Positions 39,043 to 52,200 of a stretch of DNA of 64,000 bases are shown piece by piece. The DNA is taken from contig NC_086118.1 in the NCBI RefSeq assembly GCF_963921235.1, forward strand, positions 25,794,001 through 25,858,000, given 5' to 3'. The translations under genes were made by a program, and so were the position numbers. Below the pieces are notes generated by a model that had not been told where the DNA came from, searched no databases, and saw only the letters and a list, made by a program, of their open reading frames with translations. Numbering within the stretch: position 1 is the stretch's first letter; each line of letters opens with the position of its first letter. Source of the DNA: Mobula hypostoma. Its lineage: Eukaryota.

Positions 39043-42000
39043 TATAGTATTCATTTCAAGAGGAGTAGAATTGAAAAAAAAAAGGATAGTGAGGATCTAT
39101 ATGGCATTGGTCAGACTGCACTTGGAGTATTGTGAGCACTTCTGGGCCCTTTATCTAAGAAAGGATGTATGGGTATCGGAGAGAGTCCAGAGGAGATTCA
39201 CGAAAATGATTCCGGGAATGAAGGGGTTAATGTGTAAGAAACAAGTGATGGCTCTGGGCCTATATTCACTGGAGTTCAGAAGAATGAAGGGGGATTCTCT
39301 TTGAAACCTATCAAATACTTAAAGGCCTAGCTGAAGTGGACGTTGAAAGGATGTTTCCTATAGTGGGGAATTTCAGGATCGGAGGGCATAGCCATGTAAG
39401 ATAAGGATATCCCATTTGAACAGTGGTTCCCAAACTTCTTTGGGTTACCACCCACTTAGCTCCCAGACCATATCCTCAGCAAACCCTCTCGTTTTCCAGC
39501 CATTACATAAAAACTATAAACAATTTTGATTTATGATGCGCAGTGAAAAAAAATAGAAACTACGAATACAAACACTGCCATGACAAATAATTGCAACAAT
39601 TATTCAAACATATTTAAAGCTACAAATAAAATTATTTATTTAATTACAGTTAAAAACCAGATTTCATCAACAATTTCAGAGTATATATTAAATTCAAGTA
39701 TTCACTACTTCATTGCTTTTTCACCTTTTAATGAGGTGGATGGGCTTGGTGTAGTGATATCAGCTTCTCAACATCAGGCCGAATGTCACTCAGAAGGAGT
39801 CTTGGATCCCCACGTTAAGTAATTTGCAGTCTGTTTCACTGCTTTGAAAGAAGTTGGGTGATTGCACTGAAACTGTGCTTCACTGAATATGGTGTTGGAA
39901 AGGCAATAAAGAACATCCTGACCTTTATCCACAGCGCAGGATAGAGTTCAGAGATTTCTTTCTGCAACCAAATGACTTGATATGATTTTTTGAACCACGG
40001 CCTCGGGTCAAAGTCAATTTGTAGTGAGATCAGTTCTTCCTCTATCCTTCCTTTTAATTCCCCATTACAAGTGTTCAGGAATGGATTTATTACCCAATTT
40101 GGAATTTGAATTGAGTGAAGATTCTGAAATCTTCTGACTTGTCATTAAGCAGCTCACCCAGGTGGGCATAGTATACATGAAGCTTATCATCTGATAATCT
40201 TCCTTCCTCTTCCAACTCAGAGAGCCTTGGAAAATGGAAAAGGTTGCGACAGCCAATGTTATACTTAAATAGGGTTAACTTGAGCAAGAAATGTGGAGAA
40301 ATCTCATCTGACTTTGGTAAGGTTCACATCATTTCCTTGAAATTGAAGTTTGATTTATTTAAGCTTTGCAAATAATTCTGATAAAGGAGCAATGATATGC
40401 CTAATATTCTTGAGTTGATTACTGAATGAATCATTGGAGTCCTCAAAAAATTTTATCAGAGCTTCAAATAGTGCATAAAAGCATCTCAGACAATTTCGTT
40501 TTGAGAGGCGTCTGAATTTTGTGTGCAACAACAAGCATTCAAACTATTCATCATTCTCAATACAAAGTTCTCAAAATAGTCAAGGATTGAGAGCATGGGA
40601 CTTGATTTTATTTACTGCTGTGATAACAGTATTTAATGATTTGTGCAGCTAATCACTTACTATTTTTGAGACAACATTTCTGTGAATTACACACTGAATG
40701 GTAAATACATTGGGTACAGCATTGTTCAAGAAAATAATACCCCTACTTGGTGTCCTGTCATTGATGGTGCCCCAACTGTTGCACAAGCAAGAGTGCTGGA
40801 GAGCAGAATGCCCTTCTCTTTGGAAAAAAACGTTCAACAACCTGAAATATTGACTCCACTTAGTATCTATTTCTAGTCCCTTTGCAAACAACAACTGTTG
40901 ACCATGCTTTCATCAGTTATGAAGCGAACATAACCATGAAGCAAAGATTCGCTGCCTGACAAAATTGACTCATCCAACTACAGAGCAATTTCTGTTGCCC
41001 TACGGATATTGCGTGTTTTCCAGAGTATCAGACATTTCATTTATTCATCTTTGAACAGAGTCATCGCAGAGCAGAATCACTTTAATTATTCGGTCTGGTG
41101 ACTTATGTAAAACTGTACTCAGAACCTCTTATACTGCTGGCAGAATCAGTTCTTCTCCAATTGTATGGGGCTTTCCAGATTTAACAATGAGCAATGTGAA
41201 ACACATAAACCATTAGTGGTTTGTTGTGAAGTGCTGGCAAACATGCTTTGAAGTGTTTTCCGTTTCTGGAAGTTTTCACAAAGTGACTGAAAATAAGCAA
41301 GATTCTTGTTCACTTTATCAAAGTTGTATTATCTTCAAATATTCAAGGAGCCTTTAAATGTGGTCAAGACTACTTGAAAGGGCACGGCGAAAGAGTCTGA
41401 ACTTTACCCCCTTGAACACCATACCCTAATTCACAGGAACTACATCACAAGAATTGCATCAGTGTGTGATTAGAGTAAGGAAATCATACTAGCTAACACT
41501 GTACTACAGTAGTGAACATCGATAATGCGTGGGCTGGGCCAAGAAATAACACAATTTCTTCAGTCCTGATTTCTCATGATATGCCAAATAAAGAAGTGTC
41601 ACATTGCTTTTCAACAAGTATAATGTGCTTCAAGCAAAGTCTATGAGAATGGTGGGTTAGCAAGATACGAGATGTTTACATGATCATTGTAATCAATTAT
41701 GAAGTACTGAGGAACAAATGTTTATAATAAGTGATTAATTTCTTATGTTAAGCCTGTAATCTATCATCTACCCCTCTTGCTACCATGTGCCCCCCCACCA
41801 CCCCCTTTACCTTTATCACCACTTTAGAAACTCCCACTGACCCCAGGGGAGGCGATCTCACTCACTTCGGGAGCCACTGCTTTGGAACAGAGTTAAGGAT
41901 GAATTTCTTTAGCCAGAGGGAATTCATTGCCACAGATGGCTGTGGAGGCCAAGACATTGGGTACCTTTAAACTGGAAGTTCATAGGTTCTTGATGAGTAA

Positions 42001-42139
42001 GGGCATCAAAGGTTATGTGGAGATGGCAGGTGAATGGAATTAACAGGGATAATAAATCAGCCATGATGGAATGGAATGGCAGAGCAGACTCGATGGGCCG
42101 AATGGCCTAATGCTGCTCCCATGTCTTATGGTTTTATGA
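39043..42139 (+). mobile_element. CR1 3' fragment (39043-39420 plus 41880-42139) split by a hAT
   Basis: LVRLHLEYC..FW...ERVQRRFTKMIP; 3' hairpin GGCCGAATGGCC and tail at ~42100-42139. Confidence 0.88.
39421..41879 (-). mobile_element. hAT Buster/Charlie DNA transposon, full-length with decayed transposase
   Basis: TIRs CAGTGGTTCCCAA / TCGGGAGCCACTG; flanks CATTTGAA / CTTTGGAA; transposase remnants such as VFTIQCVIHR and a C-terminal QAHPPH*. Confidence 0.88.
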
Positions 42140-42917
42140 TTTCACCTATCAGCTTTCAGCATGTACTTCTTCTCTGCCACCCCCCACCTTATTTTGGCTT
42201 CCTTCCCCCTTCCTTTCCAGTACTGTCGAAGAGCCTCAGCCCGAAACTCTGGCTCTTTATTCCTCTCCATAGATACTGCCTGAACGGCTGAGCTCCTCCA
42301 GCACTTTGTGTGTGTGTTACTCTGGATTTCCAGCATCTGTGGAATTTCTTGTGTTTATGAACTGTGCTCTGAATATCAGCTGTGGGCAGATACTTGGAAC
42401 GGGTGAGGCATGAGTCACTGCCTGAGGCCACAAATACTGGAAAAAAATCAAATACCTTGCAGAGGAGGGAAATGGTGCAACTACATATAAAATCTTTCTG
42501 GGAGCATGGTGCACTCAGCCCAGTGAGAGTGAGTAGATTTTACAGCACTGCAAAAACAAAAAGTTAATGATAACTGACAGAAGGTCTAACAGACAGCAGT
42601 AGGGTACGGTGCATCGCAGCCCTTAGAAAGGGAGTTGTCTCATAAATCTCAACAACTGAATCACAGATAAAGTGACAGGTAGTAACAGATAAGACAAAAA
42701 TAGCCTGGCTGAATGGGTGAACAACTAGCAAATAGAATTTAATACAGGGAAGTAAGAAATGATAATATGGGAGAATGAATGAAGGGGAACGGTGTAGTTC
42801 AAATAACGTGATCTTAAGGGTAGGAGTGACAGGGCATGCTGACAGAGTGGCTGATAAGTGATTCTGGGATTCTTAAATACAGACGTAGGGTTCAAAAACA
42901 TGAATATTATATTGGAG

Positions 42918-45470
42918 CAACACACACAAAATGCTGGTGGAATGCAGCAGGCCAGACAGCATCCATAGGAAGAAGCACAGTCGACGTTTCGGGCCTAGAC
43001 CCTTCACCAGGACTAACTGAAAGAAGAGATAGTAAGAGATTTGAAAGTGGGAGGGGGAGGGGGAGATCCAAAATGATAGGAGAAGACAGGAGGGGGAGGG
43101 ATGGAGCCAAGAGCTGGAAAGGTGATTGGCAAAAGGGATACAAGGCTGGAGAAGGAAGAGGATCATGGGATGGGAGGCCTACGGAGAAAGAAAGGGGGAG
43201 GGGAGCACCAGAGGAAGATGGAGAACAGGGAAGAAGTTATTGTGAGAAGGACAGAGAGAGAAAAAAGAAAGAGGGGGATAAAAGGAAGGAAGAAAGGAAA
43301 TAAATAAATAAATAAGGGATGGGGTAAGAAGGGGAGGAGGGGCATTAACGGAAGTTCATGCCATCAGGTTAGAGGCTACCCAGACAGAATATAAGGTGTT
43401 GTTCCTCCAACCTGAGCGTGGCTTCATCTTGACAGTAAAGGAGGCCGTGGATAGACATTTCAGAATGAGAATGGGACGCGAAACTAAAATGTGTGGCCAC
43501 TGGGAGATCCTGCTTTCGCTGGTAGACAGAGCGTAGGTGTTCAGCGAAATGGCCTCCCAGTCTGCGTCGGGTCTCGCCAATATATAGAAGGCCACATTGG
43601 GAGCACCGGACGCAGTATATCACCCCAGCCGACTCACAGGTGAAGTGTCGCCTCACCTGGAAGGACTGTCTGGGGCCCTGAGTGGTGGCGAGGGAGGAAG
43701 TGTAAGGGCATGTGTAGCACTTGTTCCGCTTACAAGGATAGGTGCCGGAGGGAGATCGGTGGGAAGGGATGGGAAGGGATGGGGAGGATGAATGGACAAG
43801 GGAGTCGTGTAGGGAGCATTCCCTGCGGAAAGCAGAAAGAGTGGGGGGAAGGAAAGATGTGCTTGGTGGTGGGATCCCGTTGGAGGTGGGGGATGGTACG
43901 GAGAATTATATGTTGGTTGGACCTGGAAGCTGGTGGGGTGGTAGGTGAGGAAAGGGGAACCCTATTCCTAGTGGGGTGGCGGGAGGATGGGATGAGAGCA
44001 GGTGTGCATGAAATGGCAGAAATGCGTTTGAGAGCAGAGTTGATGGTGGAGGAAGGGAAGCCCCTTTCTTTAAAAAGGAAGACCTCCTTCATCCCAGAAT
44101 GAAAGGCCTCATCCTGAGAGCAGATGTGGCGGAGACGGAGGAATTGTGAGAAGGGGATGGCATTTTTGTAAGAGACAGGGTGGGAAGAGGAATAGTCCAG
44201 GTAGCTGTGAGAGTCCGTAGGTTTATAGTAGACATCAGTAGATAAGCTGCCTCCAGAGATAGAAAAAGGAAGATCTAGAAAGGGGAGGGAGGTGTCGGAA
44301 ATGAACCAGGTAAATTTGAGGGCAGGATGAAAGTTGGAGGCAAAATTAATGAAGTCAACAAGCTCCGCATGCATGCGGGAAGCAGCGCCAATGCAGGCGT
44401 CGATATAGCGAAGGAAAAGTGGGGGACGGATACCAGTATAGGCTTGGAACATGGACTGTTCCACAAAGCCAACAAAAAGGCAGGCATAGCTGGGACCCAT
44501 GCGGGTGCCCATGGCTACACCTTTAGTTTGGAAGAAGTTGGAGGAGCCAAAGGAAAAATTATTAAGAGTAAGAGTAATTTCACTAGACAGAGGAGAGTAG
44601 TAGTAGAGAGGAACTGGTTAGGTCTGGAATCCAAAAAGAAGCGGAGAGCTTTGAGACCTTCCTCGTGGGGGATGGAGGTATATAGGGACTGGACATCCAT
44701 GGTGAAAGTGAAGCGGTGGGGACCAGGGAACTTAAAATTATTGAAAAAATCCAGAGCGTGAGAAGTGTCATGAACATAGGTGGGAAGGGATTGAACAAGG
44801 GGGGATAAAACTGTGTCGAGGTATGCAGAAATGAGTTCGGTGGGGCAGGAGCAAGCTGAGACAATGGGTCTACCTAGACAGGCAGGTTTGTGGATCTTGG
44901 GTAGGAGGTAGAAACAGGAAGTGCAGGGTGTGGGAACTATGAGGTTGCTGACAGTGGATGGGAGATCCCCTGAGCGGATAAAGTCGGTGATTGTGTGGGA
45001 GACAATGACCTGGTGCTCCTTGGTGGGGTCACGATCGAGGGGTAAATAAAAGGAGGTATCCGTGAGTTGTCGCTGTGCCGCAGCAAAGTAGAGGTCAGTA
45101 CGCCAGACTACAACAGCGCCCCCCTTATCGGCGGGTTTAATAGTAAGGTTAGGATTAGTGCAGAGGGAGTGGAGAGCAGAGCGTTCGGAAGGAGTGAGAT
45201 TGGAATTGGAACAAGGTGAGGGGAAGTCGAGACAGCTGATGTCCCGTCGGCAGTTAGCAATAAAGAGATCCAGAGCAGCAGGCAGAAGACCAGAGCGGGG
45301 TGTCCATGAAGAGGAGGAGGGATGAAGACGGGAGAAGGGGTCATCAGTGGGGGTGGAAGAGTCCTTGCCGAAGAAGTAGGCGCGAAGACGGAGACGGCGG
45401 AAGAAGAGTTCAGCGTCATGGCGCACACGGAACTCGCTGAGCTGTGGGCAAAGGGGGACAAAGGGGGAAA
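42918..45470 (-). mobile_element. Penelope-like element (RT plus GIY-YIG endonuclease), near full ORF with few frameshifts
   Basis: IKPADKGGAVVVW, YLLPKIHK, MDVQSLYTSI, MGTRMGPSYACLF, FLRYIDAC, VYYKPTDSHSYL, VIYCVRC..CGLLYIGET.RRL..HFAEH. Confidence 0.95.
42978..43015 (-). ncRNA. Minimal type-I hammerhead ribozyme of the Penelope terminus, core mutated (CUGGUGA)
   Basis: Reverse complement TAGTC-CTGGTGA-AGGGTCTAGGCCC-GAAACGTC-GACTG. Confidence 0.7.
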
Positions 45471-45660
45471 TGAGCATGGCTTCGATGGTAGGGATCTCTG
45501 ATGATGAGAATCTGCTTTACTAGGGCAATGTTTCATGTAAATGGGTTCAATGGTTGGGAGGGCTTTACCCATGATGTACTGGGCTGAATCTACCTTTTGT
45601 AGGATTTTGTGCTCGAAGCAATCGGTGTTCCCATAGGGTGTAATGTAGCTAGTCAGCATT
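45470..45660 (-). mobile_element. Rex1/Babar fragment
   Basis: MLTSYITPYGNT..FEHKILQKVDSAQYIMGK, same family as 20925-21500. Confidence 0.75.
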
Positions 45661-46017
45661 TTAACTATAAGTTTGACTATAACTGGAGATTATAGGCCAT
45701 TCTAGTCATCCAGTTTTAGAAAGGCTGTAAAGTCCTGGAGAGCCTACAGAAAATAATTACTACAATAGTTCCAACCATGAGGGATTTTAGCAATAAGGTC
45801 ATTTTCCAAAAACCACAATTATTTTTCTTGGAGCAAGCAGCTGGTGAAAAGATTGGTTAGAAATATACTGGATTAAAAATATGCGAAAATCTGCAGATGC
45901 TGGAAATCCAAAGCAACACACATAAAATGCTAGAGAAACTCAGCAGGTCAGGCGGCATCTATGGGAATGAATAAACACTTGACATTTGGGCCTGTGCACT
46001 GTACAGTAGCTTCGATA

Positions 46018-48019
46018 TCAATGTGATCCTTGAGCCTGAGGGTTTTTAGCAAGAGTTGAAATATCTGGTTAAGGCAAACGTCTTAAGTCCGCATGTATAA
46101 CAATATCCAAGCGGTTTCTGTTTTTTATGAGTTTGTGGTTCACTGCACTGAAACTTCCTTTCAACAAGGTAGGAGGATGGAAACACAATGAAGAGCAATT
46201 TGGCTCTTCTCCAAAGACCAGGAAACTTCATATGTCAGTGTAGCCACATACCACAAAAGCTGACATTTTTGAAAAGTATTTTTGTTCCTTCGTCATTCTG
46301 AATTTTGATAATTTATTCTTGCAAACACTCTTCCTGTCCTTCCACCTTGCAAAGAAATTACCCAGTCTGGAATTTCCAGATTGTTCAAACCCTTGAATAG
46401 ATTCCGAAAATCCTTCTTTAGTGACTTCAGGTGTAAACAGTACCTTTGAAAATCACTGTCAGTGAAAGTGATACTTTCCATACTCTCCATGCAGGGAAAC
46501 TGTGAGAACATTCTTCTCCCAATGTTTTGCTTATATTTCCAATTTTCCCATAAAAGTGGACAATGAACTTTTTGCCTGGATTAAATTGAAATTGTCACTC
46601 GGCAGTTTCATATTTAGAATGTTCATTTTGTCATACAGATCGGCTAAGTATGCCACATCTCCACATAGAGGTTCAATCTTGTTTCCCAAGCTCTTGTCGA
46701 CTTTGAGCAAAAATTCAACCACAGTGTCAAAAAGATCAAAGAAACTTTTTAAATAGCACCTTTTTGACAGCCAATGCACTTCAGTGTGAAGTAGCAAGTG
46801 TTCAGACTCTTCATCATTATCTTGGCATAACTGACGAAATATTCTGCTATTTAATGGATGAGCTTTTATTTTGTTGATCGCAGATATTACAAGAGTCATG
46901 CTTGAAAAAAGTCACTGGCTGAGGATTTTGGTTGTGAGATGTTAATGATGGATTGCAAACAGACTTGGAATTTCTTTTTTCATAAACACCACTAAACCAG
47001 CATGGTGACCTGTCATATATGATGCTCTATCTGTTGCACAAGAAATCATGTTCCTCATCAGAATACTTTTATCCCAATAAACATTTTGAGCTCACTGTAG
47101 ATTGATTCTCTGTTGATAATTGTTTTTAACTTTTTACAAAAGAGAATCTTTTCATAAACGTTTCCATTTTTGATAAACCATACATATGCCATTAGCAATA
47201 CCTCATTGTCTCACACGGTTAACTCATCCAGCTGTATCCCAAATTGCTTTTTATAGTTCTGTGCATAGTTAATACTCAATGTCTTCACTCATTTTGTCAA
47301 TATGACGAGCTACAGAGTTACTCAGAGGAGTTTATTTTAAAATGCGGGTATCCATTTTGAGAACAGTGGTGAGCACATCTGATACAGCTGGCATTAATAA
47401 TCTTTCACCAATTGTATGAGATTTTCCACACTTTGCTATTATTTTGGAAATGTTATAAGAAGAATGAAATCACTATCAAGGTCATTTTTAACTTTCTTGG
47501 CAAATGATTCGAGTGTGCAATGCTTTTAAAATGCTTCTTTCACCTTCTGGAAATGACTTATATCATAAGTAGCCTTTTCAGGGTGTCTTTTACTGTTTCT
47601 GCAATCTTGATGGTTTTATGGCTTCATTAGACAGTACAGTATTACAGATAAGACACATAGGGCATCGTTGATCTGATGGGAATGGAATAAAACCGTACTT
47701 CAGGTATATAACAATGTACTGATGCACTTTCTGTAGTTTCTGTTTCTTGGCTTGATTAGCATTCAAGGCTTCACCACCTTCAGACTCATAGAGATCATGC
47801 CGTACATATTTATCCATCATTAATGGGGCTAAAAAAAATTTAAAATTAACACAGACTGGGAATGCCTACTGGATGTTGATGATGGCAGCAAATTGACACA
47901 GCTGGTCGGGTCTTGTGCCTCAAATTACACCTCCTGGTGACTTCTATTTCCCCTAACGCCCCCTTAGGACACAGAACCACCCCCTGAGGGGTCAATACTG
48001 CCCCCATTGGGAGTCACTG
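46018..48019 (-). mobile_element. hAT Buster/Charlie transposon with decayed transposase (ZBED/SCAND3-like); one TIR retained
   Basis: YLKYGF...PMCLICNTVLSNEAIKPSRL (BED finger), INKIKAHPLNSRIF.QLC, LLLHTEVHWLS, FPSSYLVE; TIR CAGTGACTCCCAA at 48007-48019 followed by TTCTACAC. Confidence 0.88.
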
Positions 48020-49921
48020 TTCTACACACAAAGGCCTTTCCTCTGCTTGGTGCTGCCAGTGTAGGACATCAGTCAGGCTGTGGATCATGGCTGTTGAGAG
48101 TAGAGGAGGAGAAGGGGGAAAGTAAGTAGACAGAGGATTGAGATGGAATAAAGTAAGGGTCAGGGAAAAGGAATCACAATCATGGACATGGAGAGGACCA
48201 GAGTTTAGTAGGTCAGAGAGGGGATAAGAGCTTTGTCAGAGTTTTTTGGAAAGAACTTTTCATATTCAAAATGGTTTATGGAAGTATGGACCAAGGAAAC
48301 CAATTAATAAAAATGGTGAAAACCTCTGTCACCCCAACTCCCATTTAGTTAAGAATGAAGACTTCAGCCTTTCAGTTAAGGGTGATTTGTACAACTGGCA
48401 ATTCTCACAAAGGCAGACACAGCTTTCTCAGGTGACCTCGCTGCATATCTTAGTGACCACAAGTATCTGCAAAGTATCTGAATCTAATCTGTAACAAAAC
48501 AGGCACAAAAGGTCAATCTTGATTTGATAAAAGTCAATCATAAGGGTCAAACACTAGATGACAGAATTCCCCTGCAGTTTTCTAAAATAAATTCCAAATC
48601 CTCCAAAACAACTTATTAAAGAGCTTCACAAAAAAAATCAATATACTTTTCAATATATCTTTTGTTCTTCTAACTAAGTTCATGACAGTCCTCACCCTGC
48701 CTCATGACCAGGTATACAGACAGCTGTTGACTTGCTGACGGGAAACACAGTAGTGGTGAACGGCAGCTTTTTGGACTAGAAGTAAATGTACTGTTTGGTT
48801 CCTCAGGGAATGATGAAAGAACCACCGGAATTCTTAATAAACATGGATCTCTTGGGCTCTACACTACAACACAGCAGTTCCTTTCTCCAGAGGAAACATT
48901 GTTCATTCCTTTCTGAGAATGCAAACAGATTGTTTTCATTTGGAATGGAATTTTTTTTTTGCTGGTTCACAGGCACTAGGAAGAAGGTGACAGTTTTGTT
49001 ATTTGGCTACTGCACTTCTGCAAGGCCCTTTAAGGCTCTGAACCTGTGCCATCCAACAATGGTTGCAATTTAATTTAGCAAAGTTTGTCATATGCCTGCA
49101 CTTCTGTGGAATCTGGCACACCTCAATATGCCCACATCAGCCAGTGTTTCATGGTAGACTCAAACATTCTGTCTGCATGGTGAATGAAACATTGAAACAA
49201 TGGCTGCTGCACAGGAGAGTCGAGTTGCACTGCTAGCATTAGCTGGATTTGTCTCTGCTTATATATAGGATCATCTCCCATTCCACCATGCCAATGGATT
49301 CAAATTCAAGTTTAATTGTCAATCAACCATACATGAACACTTATGAAAACTGCCAAATGAAACAGCATAACTCTGGGGCCTGGGTGGAAATCACACTACC
49401 AATAATCACACAGAGCAGTAAAGGGTCATCGAAGACCCTGAGCCCATGAATGTTACAGGACTATGCAATTGAACACAATACATCTTGTCTTCTGCTGAGC
49501 GAAAAATGGCGGGGCGAGGGGTGGGGGGGGGGGTAGCAGGCAGCACTAACTCCAGTTTGGATGCTGCACCATGTTGTCTCTGGTGGAGCACATCGACTCC
49601 GATGCCACTCGTCTGGGCGGCTGTAAACAAGCAACACCGCACTTTCAGGCCATACAGCTCCCCTGCTGCCCTGAATCAGTGAATCTGGATCAACCTTCAC
49701 AGATACAACTGAGAAAACCTCAGAGGATCAGGAAAATAATTAAGCTTATAACTGTGTTTAAATGTCAACATTTAGCCTATTGTATAAATTTATATGTACA
49801 AATAACTGATGATTTGTATGGGCTTATCTCCTTTTTAAAAAAGGAAGCAACTTTTGAAATAGGTACACCAGGGAATGACTTTAAGATATTGTCACACTAA
49901 CCACTACAATTCAGTCATATA

Positions 49922-50618
49922 TGTAACACCTTGGTTAAGAATTTTACTGCTATGCTGAAGGTATTTCATTTTAGCAGGTCTGTAGGAGCAGTCTGTTCTG
50001 CTTTCAGCCTGTTAGGGTTTGAACTAAGATAAGAGGCTTGTTATTCAACTTAGGAATGTGCTGTCAGCCAATCAGGATAGTGGAATTGGGAGAAAGTTCT
50101 GGAGGATGCTGGGTTAGAAGGTCTTTGTTGGCAGGTGCTGGGAGAAGACAGGAGGATGAGGATGCTGTCCCTGTTGCACAAGGAACTTTGTGCAGTTGAA
50201 TGGCTTCAAGGAGGAAGGACCAATACTCCCGTGGGAGAGTGACAGATAGGTTCAAGATAAGCTCCAACTAAGTGCACATTTGTCTATTTAAGAGTAATGG
50301 GCCCTTTTTGTTCTTTTCTCTCATTCCTTTAATAACCGTTTGCTTAAATTAGCATTCTTAAATATACTTCTTTATAATTGCATGCAATATACAATCTGTT
50401 ATTTCTTGCTGGGAGTGGTAAATCACACAACATTTACACAAGCTGGGGTTGGGTGAGCAAGACATCTCAACCTCACAAATTTGGCGGGACCAAAGTTGTA
50501 TACATCCTAGACATATGTAGCCGGGGAAAGGTGGGTTTCTCACGGCGGAATCCAGTGGCGATTAGCAAGGTGGGTAACCAGCCGGTTTTCCAGAGCCGCC
50601 TAGTAAAAGGGGGTTTCA
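49922..50618. mobile_element. Probable solo LTR
   Basis: TGTAACACC...GGGGTTTCA termini (TG...CA, imperfect inverted), flanked by TATA / TACA; ~700 bp; CCAAT box inside. Confidence 0.55.
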
Positions 50619-51030
50619 TACATCTTCAATAACGGTTGTTCTATTCATAGCTTCACCTCTGTTTACTTACTCATTCTAGTGGGAACACAAAATATCCAAC
50701 AGTCTACGCATACACAATAAATCACTTCTGGCAGCAGACCTGGGGCAAACTGCTACAAATCTACTACCCAGTGCCATTTCTCACTTTTGTGAGGTAGAAT
50801 CTCTAGGCTACAATCTTTTGCCTGGTTATTCAAAAAGAGCAAATGTGTAGCACTTTACTGTGAATAAAGCTAGTAATTTCTATCTCTCATTGCTACATAT
50901 TCTGTTGAAAAACTATAGGTAAGCAAGAAAGCTTACATCCTTCAACAATTATTAGAGTATCAGCAGCATAGAATTCAATCCATATATATCAATAATATAT
51001 GTTAAAATCAAGGAAGCATTTTATACTCAC

Positions 51031-51151
51031 ATATATCTGAGTTCAGATTCTCTTCGAACCAATATATCTCTTATCCTTTCAATTTTAAATAGTTCATCTT
51101 CAATGTCATCCACTGTTATGGTAGAATCGGCCATTGATATAATATCTGTCT
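51031..51151 (-). CDS. BMERB1: bMERB domain-containing protein (BMERB1/C16orf45-like), internal coding exon A (121 nt)
   Basis: Minus strand reads ctgttacAG|AG ACA GAT ATT ATA TCA ATG...AGA TAT AT|GTgagt = xTDIISMADSTITVDDIEDELFKIERIRDILVRRESELRY(M). This resembles the recalled BMERB1 segment DIISMA...LVRRESELRFM. Could be a BMERB1 paralogue. Confidence 0.9.
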
Positions 51152-51174
51152 CTGTAACAGAAAGAAAGATATCA

Positions 51175-52200
51175 AAAAAATTGCAATAATAACAGAAATG
51201 GCTGGAAATATTTTGTCAGCTAGGCCAGCGACAGTGCAAAGAAAAACAGAAATAACATTTCAGGTCAATCACCTTCCATTAGAACATGGAAAAGTTAAAA
51301 AAATCAAAAAACTGAGAAGGTGAAGAGATGGAAAGAAGAATATCTATGATAGGGTGGAGATCAGTGAGACTAATTGATACAGTGGCACTGGTTGCTGAAA
51401 GAGGATGCTGAAGGCATTAGTAACAGCTGTTCTGTCTGGAGGAGATGTCAGGAGGAGGGGGAGAGAAGAGAAAACAATGCTGGAAATATGCGATAAAAAC
51501 ACGAGGGTTGCTAGCAATTTGATTTAAAAGTGAATGCTGGAAAGACCCTGCAGGTCAGCTCTGATACACACGGGAAAGACTGATTATTTGAACTGTTGAA
51601 TACAACTGTCCTAAAGACTACAATAATTGTACTTGAAAATTAAAATGGTATTCCTGAACTTACCTTGGGTTAAGTTGGAAGAGTGCACGAAACTCCAAAA
51701 TGGAGGTCACCATATGGGTAGGATGGGGAAAGATAAATGTTCTGAAAATTGCTTATTCAATCTGCATTCAGCTTCTCTAATGTAGAGAAGATCACATTCT
51801 GTGCACTGGAAACAACTTACTAAATTATAAGTTCAAGTATTGACGGCTTCGCCTGGAAAGAATGACTAAGACACCGCACAAAGGGAAGGGAATAGGCAAA
51901 AGTAAAATAGTTGTATCTCCTGCGGCTGCATGGGAAAGGACCATGGTACGTAGAGTTGTGATGTGTTTGGTGATAGCATCCTGTTGATGATTATGGGAAA
52001 ATATGGAGGATGATGCATTGAATGAGGAGGCTGATTGAGTGGAAGGGGAAGAGAAAGGGAATCTTCTCTTAGTTCTGGACAGGAAATGTGGGAGGGGGTT
52101 TCAGGGAAGAAGCAAGGGAAATAGGACAGATGCTGTCAAGAACATTGTCAAGTGTGGTGAAGCCTTGATTAAGGAAAAGAATGCATTTCAGAATTGGGCC
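51175..52200 (-). mobile_element. Highly decayed Penelope 3' remnant
   Basis: Degenerate similarity, in the same order, to 42920-44110. Confidence 0.55.

Larger units (their letters stand above)
38668..42360 (+). mobile_element. Penelope 3' remnant (38668-39040 plus 42140-42360) interrupted by CR1 and hAT
   Basis: GLLYCHDE.TLRLEEQHLIF.LGSLQPDGMNIDF; the terminal repeat resumes at 42140. Confidence 0.75.

Noticed and set aside
46018..47820. Domesticated ZBED/SCAND3-like host gene
   Set aside because: Multiple stops and frameshifts plus a retained TIR indicate a decayed transposon.
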